64,000 nt of DNA from Thermoplasmatales archaeon SW_10_69_26 (GCA_003009755.1 PXUB01000036.1:1-64000); one strand, 5' to 3'; positions 10,397 through 19,645 are shown, numbered from the stretch's first letter. The notes: a model not told the origin generated them from the letters alone. A program made the numbers and translations.

Positions 10397-10961
10397 TGTG
10401 CTCCCTCGGCGTGGGAACTGTTCGGAGGTGGTCGGTCGTCGATGATGGAAGGTAAGCCGCGAGGGGCGAGATAAAGAAAGTGGATAGATACTCGAATTTT
10501 GACTGCAGTCCCCGGGGTCTTGGTGCTTGTTGACCGCATTCCGAGCATAGTTGGCAGTTCTCGAGCTTCGCAACGGCGCCAGGTGAACCGGCAGTGATCA
10601 GATGAAGAACGGAAAGATGGCGATGTTCTTGGTGACGGTGATGATTGTGGGAGCCCTTGCCCACCGACGGGGACGGCGGACCACGATTTGACCGACCCCG
10701 ATTGCTCGGATTCGGGCTTCGGCGACGGGGACTGTAGCACGACGGAGGCCTGTTCGAGGGACGCCTACCTCTACGTTCGCGCGCGGGTCTCAGACGGTGA
10801 GACGAACGAGATCTGGACTGCCGGACGTGTTTTGCTTACGCTCTCGCGCCGGTCTGAGCGAGGCAAGGTCGCGGAGCCCGAGGAAGGAAACCCCGAAAAT
10901 TTCCGACCCTCCGGTCCACCCGAACACGAACCGGAACAACTAGAAAGAACGCCGAGCAGGG

Positions 10962-11691
10962 GCCGCTGTGTTCCACGACAACAACGCCCTGCTCGGCACC
11001 CTCACCCACCGCCTCGTTCAGGAAGACGTTTTCGACCGCGACCGCAAACAACCCCAAACCCGCGCCCTGGCTCTGTTGTTGCACCACGCCGGACTGAGCT
11101 GCCGGCGAACCAGCCAACTGATCTCGCTGTTGGCTGAACCCGTCTCCCATGCTCCCATCAGCGCCTGGTACCGCCGCGCCAGCCACCTGTTCCGCGAGCA
11201 ACCCGTGCAACGCCACGAACGGTTAGTCATCGACGAAACCAGCCTGCACATCGAGAAACCGCGCGAGGCGTGGCCCGAGGACTGCGACAAGGATGCTGGC
11301 GACCATCTGGACGAGTTGTTCCTGTGGGCCGCCGTCGACCCGGACACCGAGCAACTCGTCCACGTGGCCGTCAGCCAGGGCCGAAGCGGCGTTGAAGCGC
11401 TCGCGTTCATCAAGGGCGCGTTGGCCCGTTGCGACAATCAGCCGTTCATCCACGTCGATCGGGGCGTCTGGTACCCCTGGCCGCTCACCTTGCTCGGTCT
11501 GGAGTGGCAGGTCACGTCCGGTGGGGTGCGCAATACCGTGGAGACATGGTTTGGGCTACTCAAGGAGCGTATCGGTCAGTTCCGCAGACGCTGGCCGACG
11601 AACGGGTGTCCGGGGGAGGTTGAGGCCTGGGTCGAGGGGTTCGCATGGCTGTTCAATCGAGACCCGTCCGCCCGCTTAACCTGACAGCGGC
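10962..11691 (+). mobile_element. IS6-family insertion sequence (left boundary uncertain)
   Basis: Right end AACCTGACAGCGGC overlaps the transposase stop, as in archaeal IS6 elements. Only an 8-bp match (GCCGCTGT) at the left; no target duplication seen. Confidence 0.6.
10968..11684 (+). CDS. IS6-family DDE transposase
   Basis: GLSCRRTS, VIDET, LWAAVD, VDRGVWY, RNTVETWFGLLKER. Confidence 0.85.
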   Translation: MFHDNNALLGTLTHRLVQEDVFDRDRKQPQTRALALLLHHAGLSCRRTSQLISLLAEPVSHAPISAWYRRASHLFREQPVQRHERLVIDETSLHIEKPREAWPEDCDKDAGDHLDELFLWAAVDPDTEQLVHVAVSQGRSGVEALAFIKGALARCDNQPFIHVDRGVWYPWPLTLLGLEWQVTSGGVRNTVETWFGLLKERIGQFRRRWPTNGCPGEVEAWVEGFAWLFNRDPSARLT

Positions 11692-11716
11692 GGCGGTGGC
11701 TGCGACCCCCCTCAGT

Positions 11717-12057
11717 CGGGTTGTCGACGGATGCTGTCCGAACCCGCCGGGTTCGGGCGTGCCTGAGATCGCCCGGGCGGGCGAGATCTCAGGGGGCGAC
11801 AACGGCCGAGCATCGGTCCGCCGTCTGGACCAGTCTCGGCTGCGTACGAATCTTCGATTCGTACAGCAAGATGGCCCGCCTCAGACCGGCGCACCAGAGC
11901 ATTTCCGGTCCCACGGTCTCCCCCTACGAGCGGTTGGCCAGGAGATGTTCACCAAATCGAGGGGGAGCGGTGTCCGCGACCCCCCTCACGGCGGGGCCGC
12001 CCGCAGGCGGCGATGATACGATCTTTGCAAGTTGTGAGGTTTCCAGGCGTTGTCGCC
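11717..12057 (+). ncRNA. Putative structured non-coding RNA (or ssDNA structure) inside the element
   Basis: Nested stems 11795-11804/12048-12057, 11897-11906/11941-11950, 11736-11745/11749-11758 and 11762-11770/11785-11793. The 77-nt core is 75/77 identical to copy 1; G-U pairs mostly favour this strand. Confidence 0.45.
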
Positions 12058-12559
12058 TTCGCCATCGACGTAGCCTGTGGCTACTCCTTCGTCTCGGCTC
12101 CGCGCTTTCACCGCCTGAGGCCGAGCGAGAGCTTAACCCAAGCACAGCCGGCAGTCTAGGGGGAGTTCTCGTGTGGCGGAGAAAGCGTATCCTGCTACGA
12201 TGACAACGACCTGGCAGGATGTACCGGCGGGCCTTCAAACCTAACCGGCTCCTCGAGTTCGGGATCCTGCAACGGATGGACCGAGGAGGACGGCGGCGAC
12301 GACCAGACCTTCTATCTCGCCTGCGAGGACCACGATAGCTCCACGATCCAAACCTCCAAGATGGGGAGTTCACCCAGGGATGGGCTCTACCTCACCGTCG
12401 AGGATGGCGTCCCTCAAGGGGAGGCATGCGAGGATGGCGTCTGCCACGCCGCACCGGCCGACCGCTCGACCGTCGGGGAGAAGCGCCACTGCTCCGTGAC
12501 GGGTGGCCACCTCCCATGGACTCGAGACTCGACCCGACCCCGGGTGTTACGCAGAGTCC

Positions 12560-12997
12560 CGAGGCCAAACTGAAGCTGTCCGGGTGTTCTGACGCTCTCT
12601 TCCCGGAGATTTCTGTTCACTACCTGTTCCCCAAGCCCGACGGGACGGCCTGGCGGAGCAAGGAGAACCTCGCCGATGGGCTGCGCAACCGGGTGGTCCA
12701 CAAGTTCCCGTGGTGGTCGCCCAACCTGCCCCGCTACTGGAGCATCAACGCCTGCCTCATCGGCACCGGTTCGACGCCTACGGGGTCGCCGAGTGGACCG
12801 AGCACTCAAGCGTCAACCGGATCAAGATTCACTACGCGTCGAGGACGCGGGCGTTGGAGAAGGCCTACGGGGATCGGTGGGTGCTCAGGTCGTTTCAGAT
12901 CGATCGTGTGGAAGTTCGTGTCAATGAGGCCCCCGTGGTCCCGGTTGGAAACGCGGGAGCAGCCCGTCGACGCTCGCACTCCCGAGATCCAAGCTGA
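12560..12997 (+). pseudogene. Probable tyrosine recombinase/integrase C-terminal remnant
   Basis: YLFPKPDG...WSPNLPRYWSINACLI / FDAYGVAEWTEHSSVNRIKIHY (frameshift near 12767) resembles the HxLRH...LGH...Y catalytic region. Confidence 0.5.
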
Positions 12998-13035
12998 CCA
13001 AGTCGTCGATCGTCTCGATGCCAGCGGCGTTCACG

Positions 13036-13084
13036 ACACGCTCAGACCCGCGAGCGGTTCGACGAACCCAGTCCGGCAGGCTAG
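13036..13084 (-). mobile_element. Orphan L-type end of the TIR element family
   Basis: Reverse complement CTAGCCTGCCGGACTGGGTTCGTCGAACCGCTCGCGGGTCTGAGCG aligns with 10813-10860; its CTAG contains the TAG stop of 13081-14778. Confidence 0.7.
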
Positions 13085-14778
13085 GGTGCCGATTGGCAGC
13101 CGGCTTCGGCGAGCCCGTCCAGGCAGACGCTGGCCGCGCCGCCGCTGGTGACGGCCCCGACCTCCTGGCCGCCGGCGGGCGTCTGCAGGGACGCCAGCAC
13201 GCGGAGCAGGGTCGGGCACGGCGAGAAGAAGCCCCCGCACGTGGCCGAGGCGTCAGCGCCGACGTCGGCGACGTTGGCGGTGCCGCTGGCGCGGGCTCTC
13301 CCGCAAAGCGAGCCCTCGTTCACGGACAACCAGTTGCACTCGGCGTCGACGCGCAGCGGCGGCGCCGTGCCGGGCTCCTCGCGGTAGAGCACCTGGGCGT
13401 CGGCCTCGTTGCAGGGCGGGCCGTCGGTGGGCGGGCCCTGGCAGAGGAACGAGGCCTCGAGGTCGTTCTCGCCGCCGGGCAGGTCGTCGTCGGGGGCCAC
13501 CTGGACGTGGGCGACGTGGAACATCCAGCCGGTGTACTCCTGGCCGAAGTAGCTGACCTCGGCGGACCCGACGCCCTCGATCTCGCCCGTGGTTTCGACG
13601 TACTCGGGCTGGGGGTCGTCGTCGTAGTTGCAGGCCTCGACGCCGTCGGCGGGCGACGTGCAGGGGCTGGTGGTCTGACTGTCCTCGGAGCCGTCGTCGG
13701 AGGTGGGGTCGCCGAAGAGGTAGACGGCGCCGGCGTTGTGGGCGTTCGTGTCGGCGCCGGGCGCCGTGGCGAGGAGCTGGCCATCGTGGGCCACGACCGT
13801 CGCCGTCTCGGCCGGCGAGGCGACGTAGGCGGTGCCGTCGTCGAGCGCCACGCTGAAGCCGACGCTGCCGTGCGCGGAGACGGCCGGCTCGAGGTCGGCC
13901 TGGTGCTGCCAGCCGCCGGCCTGCAGCGCGTACGCGAACGCGTCGCCGTCCTGGCTGGAGGGCAGCGGGCTGCAGCACACGGAGGCCTGGGGACCCGGCG
14001 CGCCGACGATCATCTGGTCGCCGTCGACGGCGAGCGCGCGGCCGAACTGCTCGGCGTCGCTGTCCTCGGGCGCCGTGATCGTCTGCTGGTTGGCCCAGCC
14101 CGTCTTGCCGTCCTCGTACACGTAGATCGCGCCGGCGTAGGTCCGTTCGGTGCCGGCGTTGGTCTCGTCTTCGGGGGCGCCGGCGTACAGGAACCCGTCC
14201 TCGAGCGTGATCTCGTAGCCCAGACGCTCCTTGTCGGGATCGTTGGGCGGCGTGAGCTTGGTCTGGTGGGCCCAGCCGTCGCTGGCGGCCTCGTAGACGT
14301 GGACGGCGCCGTTGGAGTCGTACCCGTCGGGCGCGTCCTCGGGCTCTGCGACGGCCAGCGTGCCGTCCTCGAGGGCGAGCGCCGAGCCGAAGCGTTCGAT
14401 CGATCCGGGGTCCGTCGAGGACAGCGTGGCGTGGTGCGTCCAGCCGTCTGCGGTGTGCTGGTACACGAGCGCCTCGCCGACGTTGGCGAACCCGTCGGGC
14501 GCGGTGATCGTGTCCACGAGCCGGGGCTGGTCGCCGCTGCGGTCGTAGACGTAGACCTCGCCGTCGCCGGCGTTGGTGTTGCCCAACGCCAGCCGGTCGC
14601 CGTCGACGGCGATGTCCTGCGCGAAGCGATCGTCTTCCCCGATCGCGTCGGGGGTGAGCTTGGCCTGTTGGTCGGTCACATACGGCGACGCGGACGCGGC
14701 TCCCGCCAGCGGGGTGGCCAGCAGGGCGAGAGCGCACGCGAGCGTCACCGCAACGTGCCATGTCGTCTCTTGGTTCAT
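13081..14778 (-). CDS. Secreted FG-GAP/integrin-alpha-like repeat protein
   Basis: Signal peptide; repeated FG.ALA.DGD...VGAP...GA.Y.Y motifs; Cys-rich C-terminal domain. Confidence 0.8.
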   Translation of the reverse strand: MNQETTWHVAVTLACALALLATPLAGAASASPYVTDQQAKLTPDAIGEDDRFAQDIAVDGDRLALGNTNAGDGEVYVYDRSGDQPRLVDTITAPDGFANVGEALVYQHTADGWTHHATLSSTDPGSIERFGSALALEDGTLAVAEPEDAPDGYDSNGAVHVYEAASDGWAHQTKLTPPNDPDKERLGYEITLEDGFLYAGAPEDETNAGTERTYAGAIYVYEDGKTGWANQQTITAPEDSDAEQFGRALAVDGDQMIVGAPGPQASVCCSPLPSSQDGDAFAYALQAGGWQHQADLEPAVSAHGSVGFSVALDDGTAYVASPAETATVVAHDGQLLATAPGADTNAHNAGAVYLFGDPTSDDGSEDSQTTSPCTSPADGVEACNYDDDPQPEYVETTGEIEGVGSAEVSYFGQEYTGWMFHVAHVQVAPDDDLPGGENDLEASFLCQGPPTDGPPCNEADAQVLYREEPGTAPPLRVDAECNWLSVNEGSLCGRARASGTANVADVGADASATCGGFFSPCPTLLRVLASLQTPAGGQEVGAVTSGGAASVCLDGLAEAGCQSAP

Positions 14779-14909
14779 GCGGACGCCTCCCAGCGTCAGC
14801 TGGCGCTCGCAGCCGCCGTGAGGGGCATCAGGGGCCGGGTTCCGTTCGGCGGTCGCGAACGCTCGGGTCGGCGGGCAACCCCCTCAGGCCCAAATAGGGT
14901 CTGGGTGTA

Positions 14910-16862
14910 GTGGAGGGTGTGCGCGTCGAGTACCGGCTCGAGGACGGCAAGCTCCTCCTCGACCTGATGGACCCGCGGGCTCCCCGGCGGGAGACGTTCA
15001 CGCGTCTGTCCGAGCTGGGGGCCCCGATCGAGCTCGAACCGACGGCGGCCACCGTGAAAGCACGGGCGCCGCCGGAGGGGTTGGGCGAGATCGAGGACGC
15101 GCTCGCGCTGCTCGACGGGGAGCTGGTGCCGGCCGAGGGCCAGCCGCCCCTGGACCAGATCGAGGACGAGCAGCCCAACTACGAGGACGTGCGGCCCCTC
15201 GCCCCGGAGGACGTCGTCGACGAGGCGCGGGGCAGCGGGGAGCCCCGCCGCCTCGTCAAGCAGGCGATCCGTCGGTTGGGCGAGTGCGCGCTCGAGCACC
15301 CCAGTTTCGAGCACCGCGTCGAGCGCGACCAGGACTACCTCCGGCGGGCGCTCGACCAGCTGTTCCCAGAGGGGGACGAGCCCGCGGAGGACGAGACCGA
15401 CCCGGTCAAGCGCGAGGTCTCGCAGACGCTGCGCGAGGTGCCCGACGAGCACACCTGGCGAGCGCGCGAGCTGTTGCTGGATCTGCACGAGGTCCGCGAG
15501 GACGAGGCCGGCGAGCGGCCGATCGCCAGCTTCGAGCAACCGATCGAGGGCTTCCAGGGCCAGCTGCGGGACTACCAGGAGACCGGCGTGGGGTTCCTGC
15601 TCGGCACCGAGTTCAACGCGATCCTCGCCGACGAGATGGGGCTGGGCAAGACCGTGACCACGATCGCGGCGGTGCTGGCCGCCGACCAGCGCGCCCTCGT
15701 GGTGTGCCCGGCGAACGTGTTGCACAACTGGGCGGCCGAGGTGCGACGGTTCACCGGCGAGGAGGTCGCCATGTGGCACGGCCGCGACGTCGACGGTCCC
15801 GACGAGGCTCGGTTCCGCATCACGACGTACACGAGCCTGTCCTACCGCGACTGGCGGGACACCGACGCCGACGAGCGCCCGCTGCTCGTGCTCGACGAGG
15901 CGCACAAGATCCGCAACCCCGAGACCCAGCGGGCCCGCCTGGTGGACGACCTGCCCCAACAGCACCGCGTCCTGTTGACGGGGACGCCGATCGTGAACGG
16001 GCTGGCCGACTACAACGAGCTGCTGGGCCAGGTCGGCGGCGAGGCCTGGGACGAGCAGGAGTTCGCGGAGACCTGGCTGTCGGACCCGCAGCTGTTGCGT
16101 CAGGAGCCCAAGGTGCGCGCCAAGGTCGCCGACCTGCTGCAGGAGGCCACCGAGCACGTGGTGCTGCGCCGCCGCAAGGCCGACGTGCTCGACGATCTGC
16201 CTCCGCGCACGGTGTCGGTCACGCCGCACCCGATCGAGGGCGAGGCGCGCAAGCGCTACGACGAGCTGCACGAGGAGGCCGAGACGGTGCTGGCCGAGGA
16301 GGCCTCGGCGCCCGAGGTGTTCGCGCGCCTGCACGCCGTCCGCCAGCACGTGCTCGAGACCCGGCTGCCGGTGCTCGCCGAGCGCATCCAGGCTTTGCGG
16401 GCCGAGGGCGAGACCGTCGTCGTCTACAGCCACTACCGCGACCCGCTGGACGAGCTCGAAGACGCGCTCGGCGACGAGGCTCGCCAGCTCACCGGCGACA
16501 CGCCACCCAAGAAGCGGGAAGCCTACTCGCAGGAGCTGGGCGACCCCGAGGGGTTCGACGTCCTGTTGGCCCAGATGGAGGCCGGCGGCGTCGGGTTGAA
16601 CTTCACCGGTGCCCAGCACGTGCTCTTCGCCCACCTGGGGTGGACGGCGGCCACGCATCGGCAGGCGATCGACCGCGTGCACCGGATCGGGCAGGACGAG
16701 CCCGTGCAGGTCGAGTTCTTCGTGTCGCCGGACACGATCGACGAGCGGTTGGCTCAAATCATCCTCCGCAAGGAGCAGGACGCCAACCTGGCGCTCGCCG
16801 ACGACGCCCGGACGCTGGACAAGGCTCAGCTGGCCGAGGCGTTGTTGGGCGAGGCTCCCTGA
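14910..16862 (+). CDS. SNF2-family helicase/ATPase
   Basis: LRDYQETG, LADEMGLGKT, DEAH, LTGTP, GGVGLN, QAIDRVHRIGQ. Confidence 0.92.
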   Translation: MEGVRVEYRLEDGKLLLDLMDPRAPRRETFTRLSELGAPIELEPTAATVKARAPPEGLGEIEDALALLDGELVPAEGQPPLDQIEDEQPNYEDVRPLAPEDVVDEARGSGEPRRLVKQAIRRLGECALEHPSFEHRVERDQDYLRRALDQLFPEGDEPAEDETDPVKREVSQTLREVPDEHTWRARELLLDLHEVREDEAGERPIASFEQPIEGFQGQLRDYQETGVGFLLGTEFNAILADEMGLGKTVTTIAAVLAADQRALVVCPANVLHNWAAEVRRFTGEEVAMWHGRDVDGPDEARFRITTYTSLSYRDWRDTDADERPLLVLDEAHKIRNPETQRARLVDDLPQQHRVLLTGTPIVNGLADYNELLGQVGGEAWDEQEFAETWLSDPQLLRQEPKVRAKVADLLQEATEHVVLRRRKADVLDDLPPRTVSVTPHPIEGEARKRYDELHEEAETVLAEEASAPEVFARLHAVRQHVLETRLPVLAERIQALRAEGETVVVYSHYRDPLDELEDALGDEARQLTGDTPPKKREAYSQELGDPEGFDVLLAQMEAGGVGLNFTGAQHVLFAHLGWTAATHRQAIDRVHRIGQDEPVQVEFFVSPDTIDERLAQIILRKEQDANLALADDARTLDKAQLAEALLGEAP

Positions 16863-17091
16863 CGTTCACGGCCCGAAACCGCCGTCTCCGGGTGGGAGCA
16901 TGCTCTCGGCGTTCGCGGCGATCTCCCCGATCTGGATCACCGTCGCCGCCAACAGGGAGCCCTGTTCGACGAGTATGCTTAGCCAGGCGGAGAACTGGTC
17001 GCCGACAACGTGATCTCGTCCCCTCCACGAGGCATCCGGTGATCAGGAGGAAGAGGAGCGCTGCGAGCCCGAGCGAGAGCCACCGGCGCAT
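16860..17091 (-). pseudogene. Possible lipoprotein gene remnant
   Basis: MRRWLSLGLAALLFLLITGC lipobox, after which the frame breaks down. Confidence 0.3.
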
Positions 17092-17191
17092 CGTCCCCCG
17101 GCTCGCCGCACTTCCCACCTGAACCATCGGTCAGGGCACCGCGTCCAGGCCGCGGCCAAGTTCTTGAACCGGTCCCGCGTTGGCCAGCCGG

Positions 17192-17863
17192 ATGCCCGCC
17201 AAGCTCGAAGCCCGCGGCCTCACCCGCCACGTTGACGGGCGCGCGCTCGTCGAGGACGTCGCCTTCACCGTCGAGGAGGGGCGGATCCTGGCCGTCGTGG
17301 GGCCCTCGGGCGCGGGCAAGACGACGCTTTTGCGCCTTCTCAACCGGCTGGACGAGCCCACGGAGGGGCAGGCGTTGCTCGACGGCGACCCGATCACCGA
17401 GCTCGATCCGCTCAAGCTGCGCCGCCGGATCGGTCTCGTCCCCCAACGGCCAGCCATGCTCGAGGGCACGGTGTTCGAGAACGTGACCGCCGGTCCCCGC
17501 ATCCGGGGCCAACAAGCTGGCGGGGAACGGTTGCTGGCCATCCTGGACCGCTTCGACATCCGCGAGCTGCGCGATCGATCGGCGCGGAACCTCTCCGGCG
17601 GCGAGCAGCGCCGGGTCGCCCTGGCGCGGGCGCTGGCGAACGATCCCGAGGTCCTGCTCCTCGACGAGCCGACCGCCGACCTCGACGGGGCCAACGAGGC
17701 CCGCGTGGAGGAGCTGGTCGCCGAGCTCGTGGCCGACACGGGCCTGGCGTGCGTGGTCGTCACCCACGACCCGGTCCAGGCTCGCCGGCTGGGCGACGAC
17801 GCCCTGCGCCTGGTGGATGGTCGCGTGCAGGCTCGGGGCAGCCCCGCGGAGGTGGCGCGCTGA
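17192..17863 (+). CDS. ABC transporter ATP-binding protein (FetA-like)
   Basis: GPSGAGKTT, LSGGEQRR, LLLDEP; coupled (TGATG) to the next gene. Confidence 0.88.
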   Translation: MPAKLEARGLTRHVDGRALVEDVAFTVEEGRILAVVGPSGAGKTTLLRLLNRLDEPTEGQALLDGDPITELDPLKLRRRIGLVPQRPAMLEGTVFENVTAGPRIRGQQAGGERLLAILDRFDIRELRDRSARNLSGGEQRRVALARALANDPEVLLLDEPTADLDGANEARVEELVAELVADTGLACVVVTHDPVQARRLGDDALRLVDGRVQARGSPAEVAR

Positions 17864-18651
17864 TGCTGCACGGCTGGGTCGAGGACCCGGTCGTCGTCAA
17901 GGGCGCCCTGCAGGTCGCCGCCGCGCTCGTGCCGGCCGTGGCCGTGATCGGGCTCTCCCGGCTGCGCGAGCTCGATCTCGAGGCCGAGATCGGTGTCTCG
18001 CTCGTCCGTGGCCTGGTGCAGATCCTCGCGATCGGGTCCGTGCTGGGCCTGCTGTTGTCCGTCCAGCTGGCCTGGAGCGGCCTGATCCTGGCCGCGATGA
18101 TGGTCGCCGCGGCCGTCATCTCCCATCGTCGGGCCGAGGGACTGCCGCAAGCCTTCTGGGTCTCCCTCGCAGCGATCACGTCGGGCACCGGGATCGTGAT
18201 CGTGACGATGACGTGGGCCGGCGCGATCGAGACCACCGTCCGCAACCTGGTCCCGGTCGGCTCGATGGTCATCTACGCCGGCCTGAAGACGAACTCGCTC
18301 GCCCTGGACCGCTTGCGGGGCGAGCTCGACAGCCAGCGGGATCGGATCGAGACCCGCCTGGCGCTTGGCGCGTCCGGCACCGACGCCTTGAGGCCGGAGG
18401 TGCGCACGAGCGTGAAGGCCTCGTTGATCCCGGTCGTCGACTCGCTGCGCAGCCTCGGCCTGGTGTGGATCCCCGGGATGATGGCCGGCATGGTGCTGTC
18501 GGGGGCGAACCCGGTCTACGCCGCCGAGTACCAGTTCGTCATCATGGGTATGGTGTTCGGCGCCAGCGGGCTGACCGCCGTCGCCACGACCGCGCTGATG
18601 AGCCACCGCGTGTTCACCGAGGCCCACCAGCTGCGGGTCGAGGCGACGTAG
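17863..18651 (+). CDS. fetB: UPF0014/FetB-family ABC permease
   Basis: RGLVQIL.IG, ETRLALGA, GLVWIPGMMAGMVLSGANP..AAEYQ. Confidence 0.85.
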   Translation: MLHGWVEDPVVVKGALQVAAALVPAVAVIGLSRLRELDLEAEIGVSLVRGLVQILAIGSVLGLLLSVQLAWSGLILAAMMVAAAVISHRRAEGLPQAFWVSLAAITSGTGIVIVTMTWAGAIETTVRNLVPVGSMVIYAGLKTNSLALDRLRGELDSQRDRIETRLALGASGTDALRPEVRTSVKASLIPVVDSLRSLGLVWIPGMMAGMVLSGANPVYAAEYQFVIMGMVFGASGLTAVATTALMSHRVFTEAHQLRVEAT

Positions 18652-18695
18652 GCGATCGGTCCCTGCAGGGCTCGGGTTCTCCGCTCTTCCCTAGG

Positions 18696-19580
18696 TCACC
18701 CGTTCAGCGACGCGTCGAGGCCGAACGCGTAGGGCGGGTCGCCGGGGAATGGGCTGCCGGCGGGGAACCCGAGCACGGTGTTGGGTCCTTGGTGCTGCTC
18801 GGGCGGGAACACCGCTGTCCAGGGGCCCTGCTCGCTGCCGCGGACGAAGGACTCGAGCGGGTCGCGGACCTCGCCGTCGGGCTCCTGCCACGCGGCCGGG
18901 CTGTCCAGCGGGCCGCCCATGTAGCCATAGAAGGTCCCGTCGACGGCGAACGGGACGTCGGCGCCGGAGTGCGCCCACGAGTTGGCCTGAGTGCTGTACG
19001 GCCCGAAGGCCTTGAGCTCGTAGGCGACGGGCGCGTGCTCGAGGCTCTGCTCGTAGAACGTGGAGCCGATCTCAGAATCCAACACGACTGCGTGAGGGGG
19101 CAGGGACAGCTCGGCCTCGGCCGGGCCCTGGCCGGGCGCGGTCGCAACGATCACGTCGTAGGTGCCGGCTTCGACGGTCGTGCTGACCGATACGCTGGAT
19201 CCATCGGTCGAGGAGTCGTAGGTCTGCTCCTCCTGCTGGGCGACAGGGGTCTTGACCATCACCTTGCCGCCCTCGTCGTCCTCTACCCGATCGTAGACGA
19301 ACCCGGCCCACATCCGGGCGTCGGTGTCCTCGTCGACGCGGTCGACGATCCCCAGGACGGGGCTGACGGGGTACTCGGCGTCGACGTCGTCGTAGACGCC
19401 GCCGAAGACGACGCGGTCGTCCTCGCTCGCTTCGACGCGGACGGCGTAGTACTGGCCCGCCTCGATCGTTCTCGAGTAGTCGACGTTCTCGTCCGGGCCG
19501 TGGGAGCTCGCTTGGCCGGCCGGCACGGCCAGCAGGGCGGCGAGCGTGAGTGCGATGACGATGCAATGCGTGCGGTTCAT
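18696..19580 (-). CDS. Secreted hypothetical protein
   Basis: Signal peptide MNRTHCIVIALTLAALLAVPAGQA; acidic, genome-typical codon use. Confidence 0.7.
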   Translation of the reverse strand: MNRTHCIVIALTLAALLAVPAGQASSHGPDENVDYSRTIEAGQYYAVRVEASEDDRVVFGGVYDDVDAEYPVSPVLGIVDRVDEDTDARMWAGFVYDRVEDDEGGKVMVKTPVAQQEEQTYDSSTDGSSVSVSTTVEAGTYDVIVATAPGQGPAEAELSLPPHAVVLDSEIGSTFYEQSLEHAPVAYELKAFGPYSTQANSWAHSGADVPFAVDGTFYGYMGGPLDSPAAWQEPDGEVRDPLESFVRGSEQGPWTAVFPPEQHQGPNTVLGFPAGSPFPGDPPYAFGLDASLNG

Positions 19581-19645
19581 GGCGATCAGCTCCTGAGATC
19601 GATGGAAAGGAGACGGGGGCGTGGCCCCCGTGCGCGCTGCAGGTA

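Larger units (their letters stand above)
10813..12159 (+). mobile_element. TIR-bounded structured element, copy 2 (both ends present; nested IS6)
   Basis: 35-bp imperfect TIRs at 10813-10847 and 12125-12159; interior homologous to 1-412; removal restores the host ORF. Confidence 0.85.
10602..12573 (+). pseudogene. Cys-rich secreted protein, frameshifted near 10660 and split by the 10813-12159 insertion
   Basis: Signal peptide MKNGKMAMFLVTVMIVGAL. Joining 10816 to 12160 gives in-frame ...DGETNEIW|GEFSCGGESVSCY... open to the stop at 12573; about 210 aa with 11 Cys. Confidence 0.7.

Noticed and set aside
10588-10596. CCGGCAGT upstream of the Cys-rich gene as another element end
   Set aside because: It lacks the terminal CTAG and the inner GCGAG box at the fixed spacing; probably chance.
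10813-12159. Element as a group I, group II or bulge-helix-bulge intron
   Set aside because: No recognisable group I P7 or group II domain V, and the junction pairing is not a canonical BHB motif. Other copies sit after stop codons, and the host gene is independently frameshifted. Splicing is not excluded but is unsupported.
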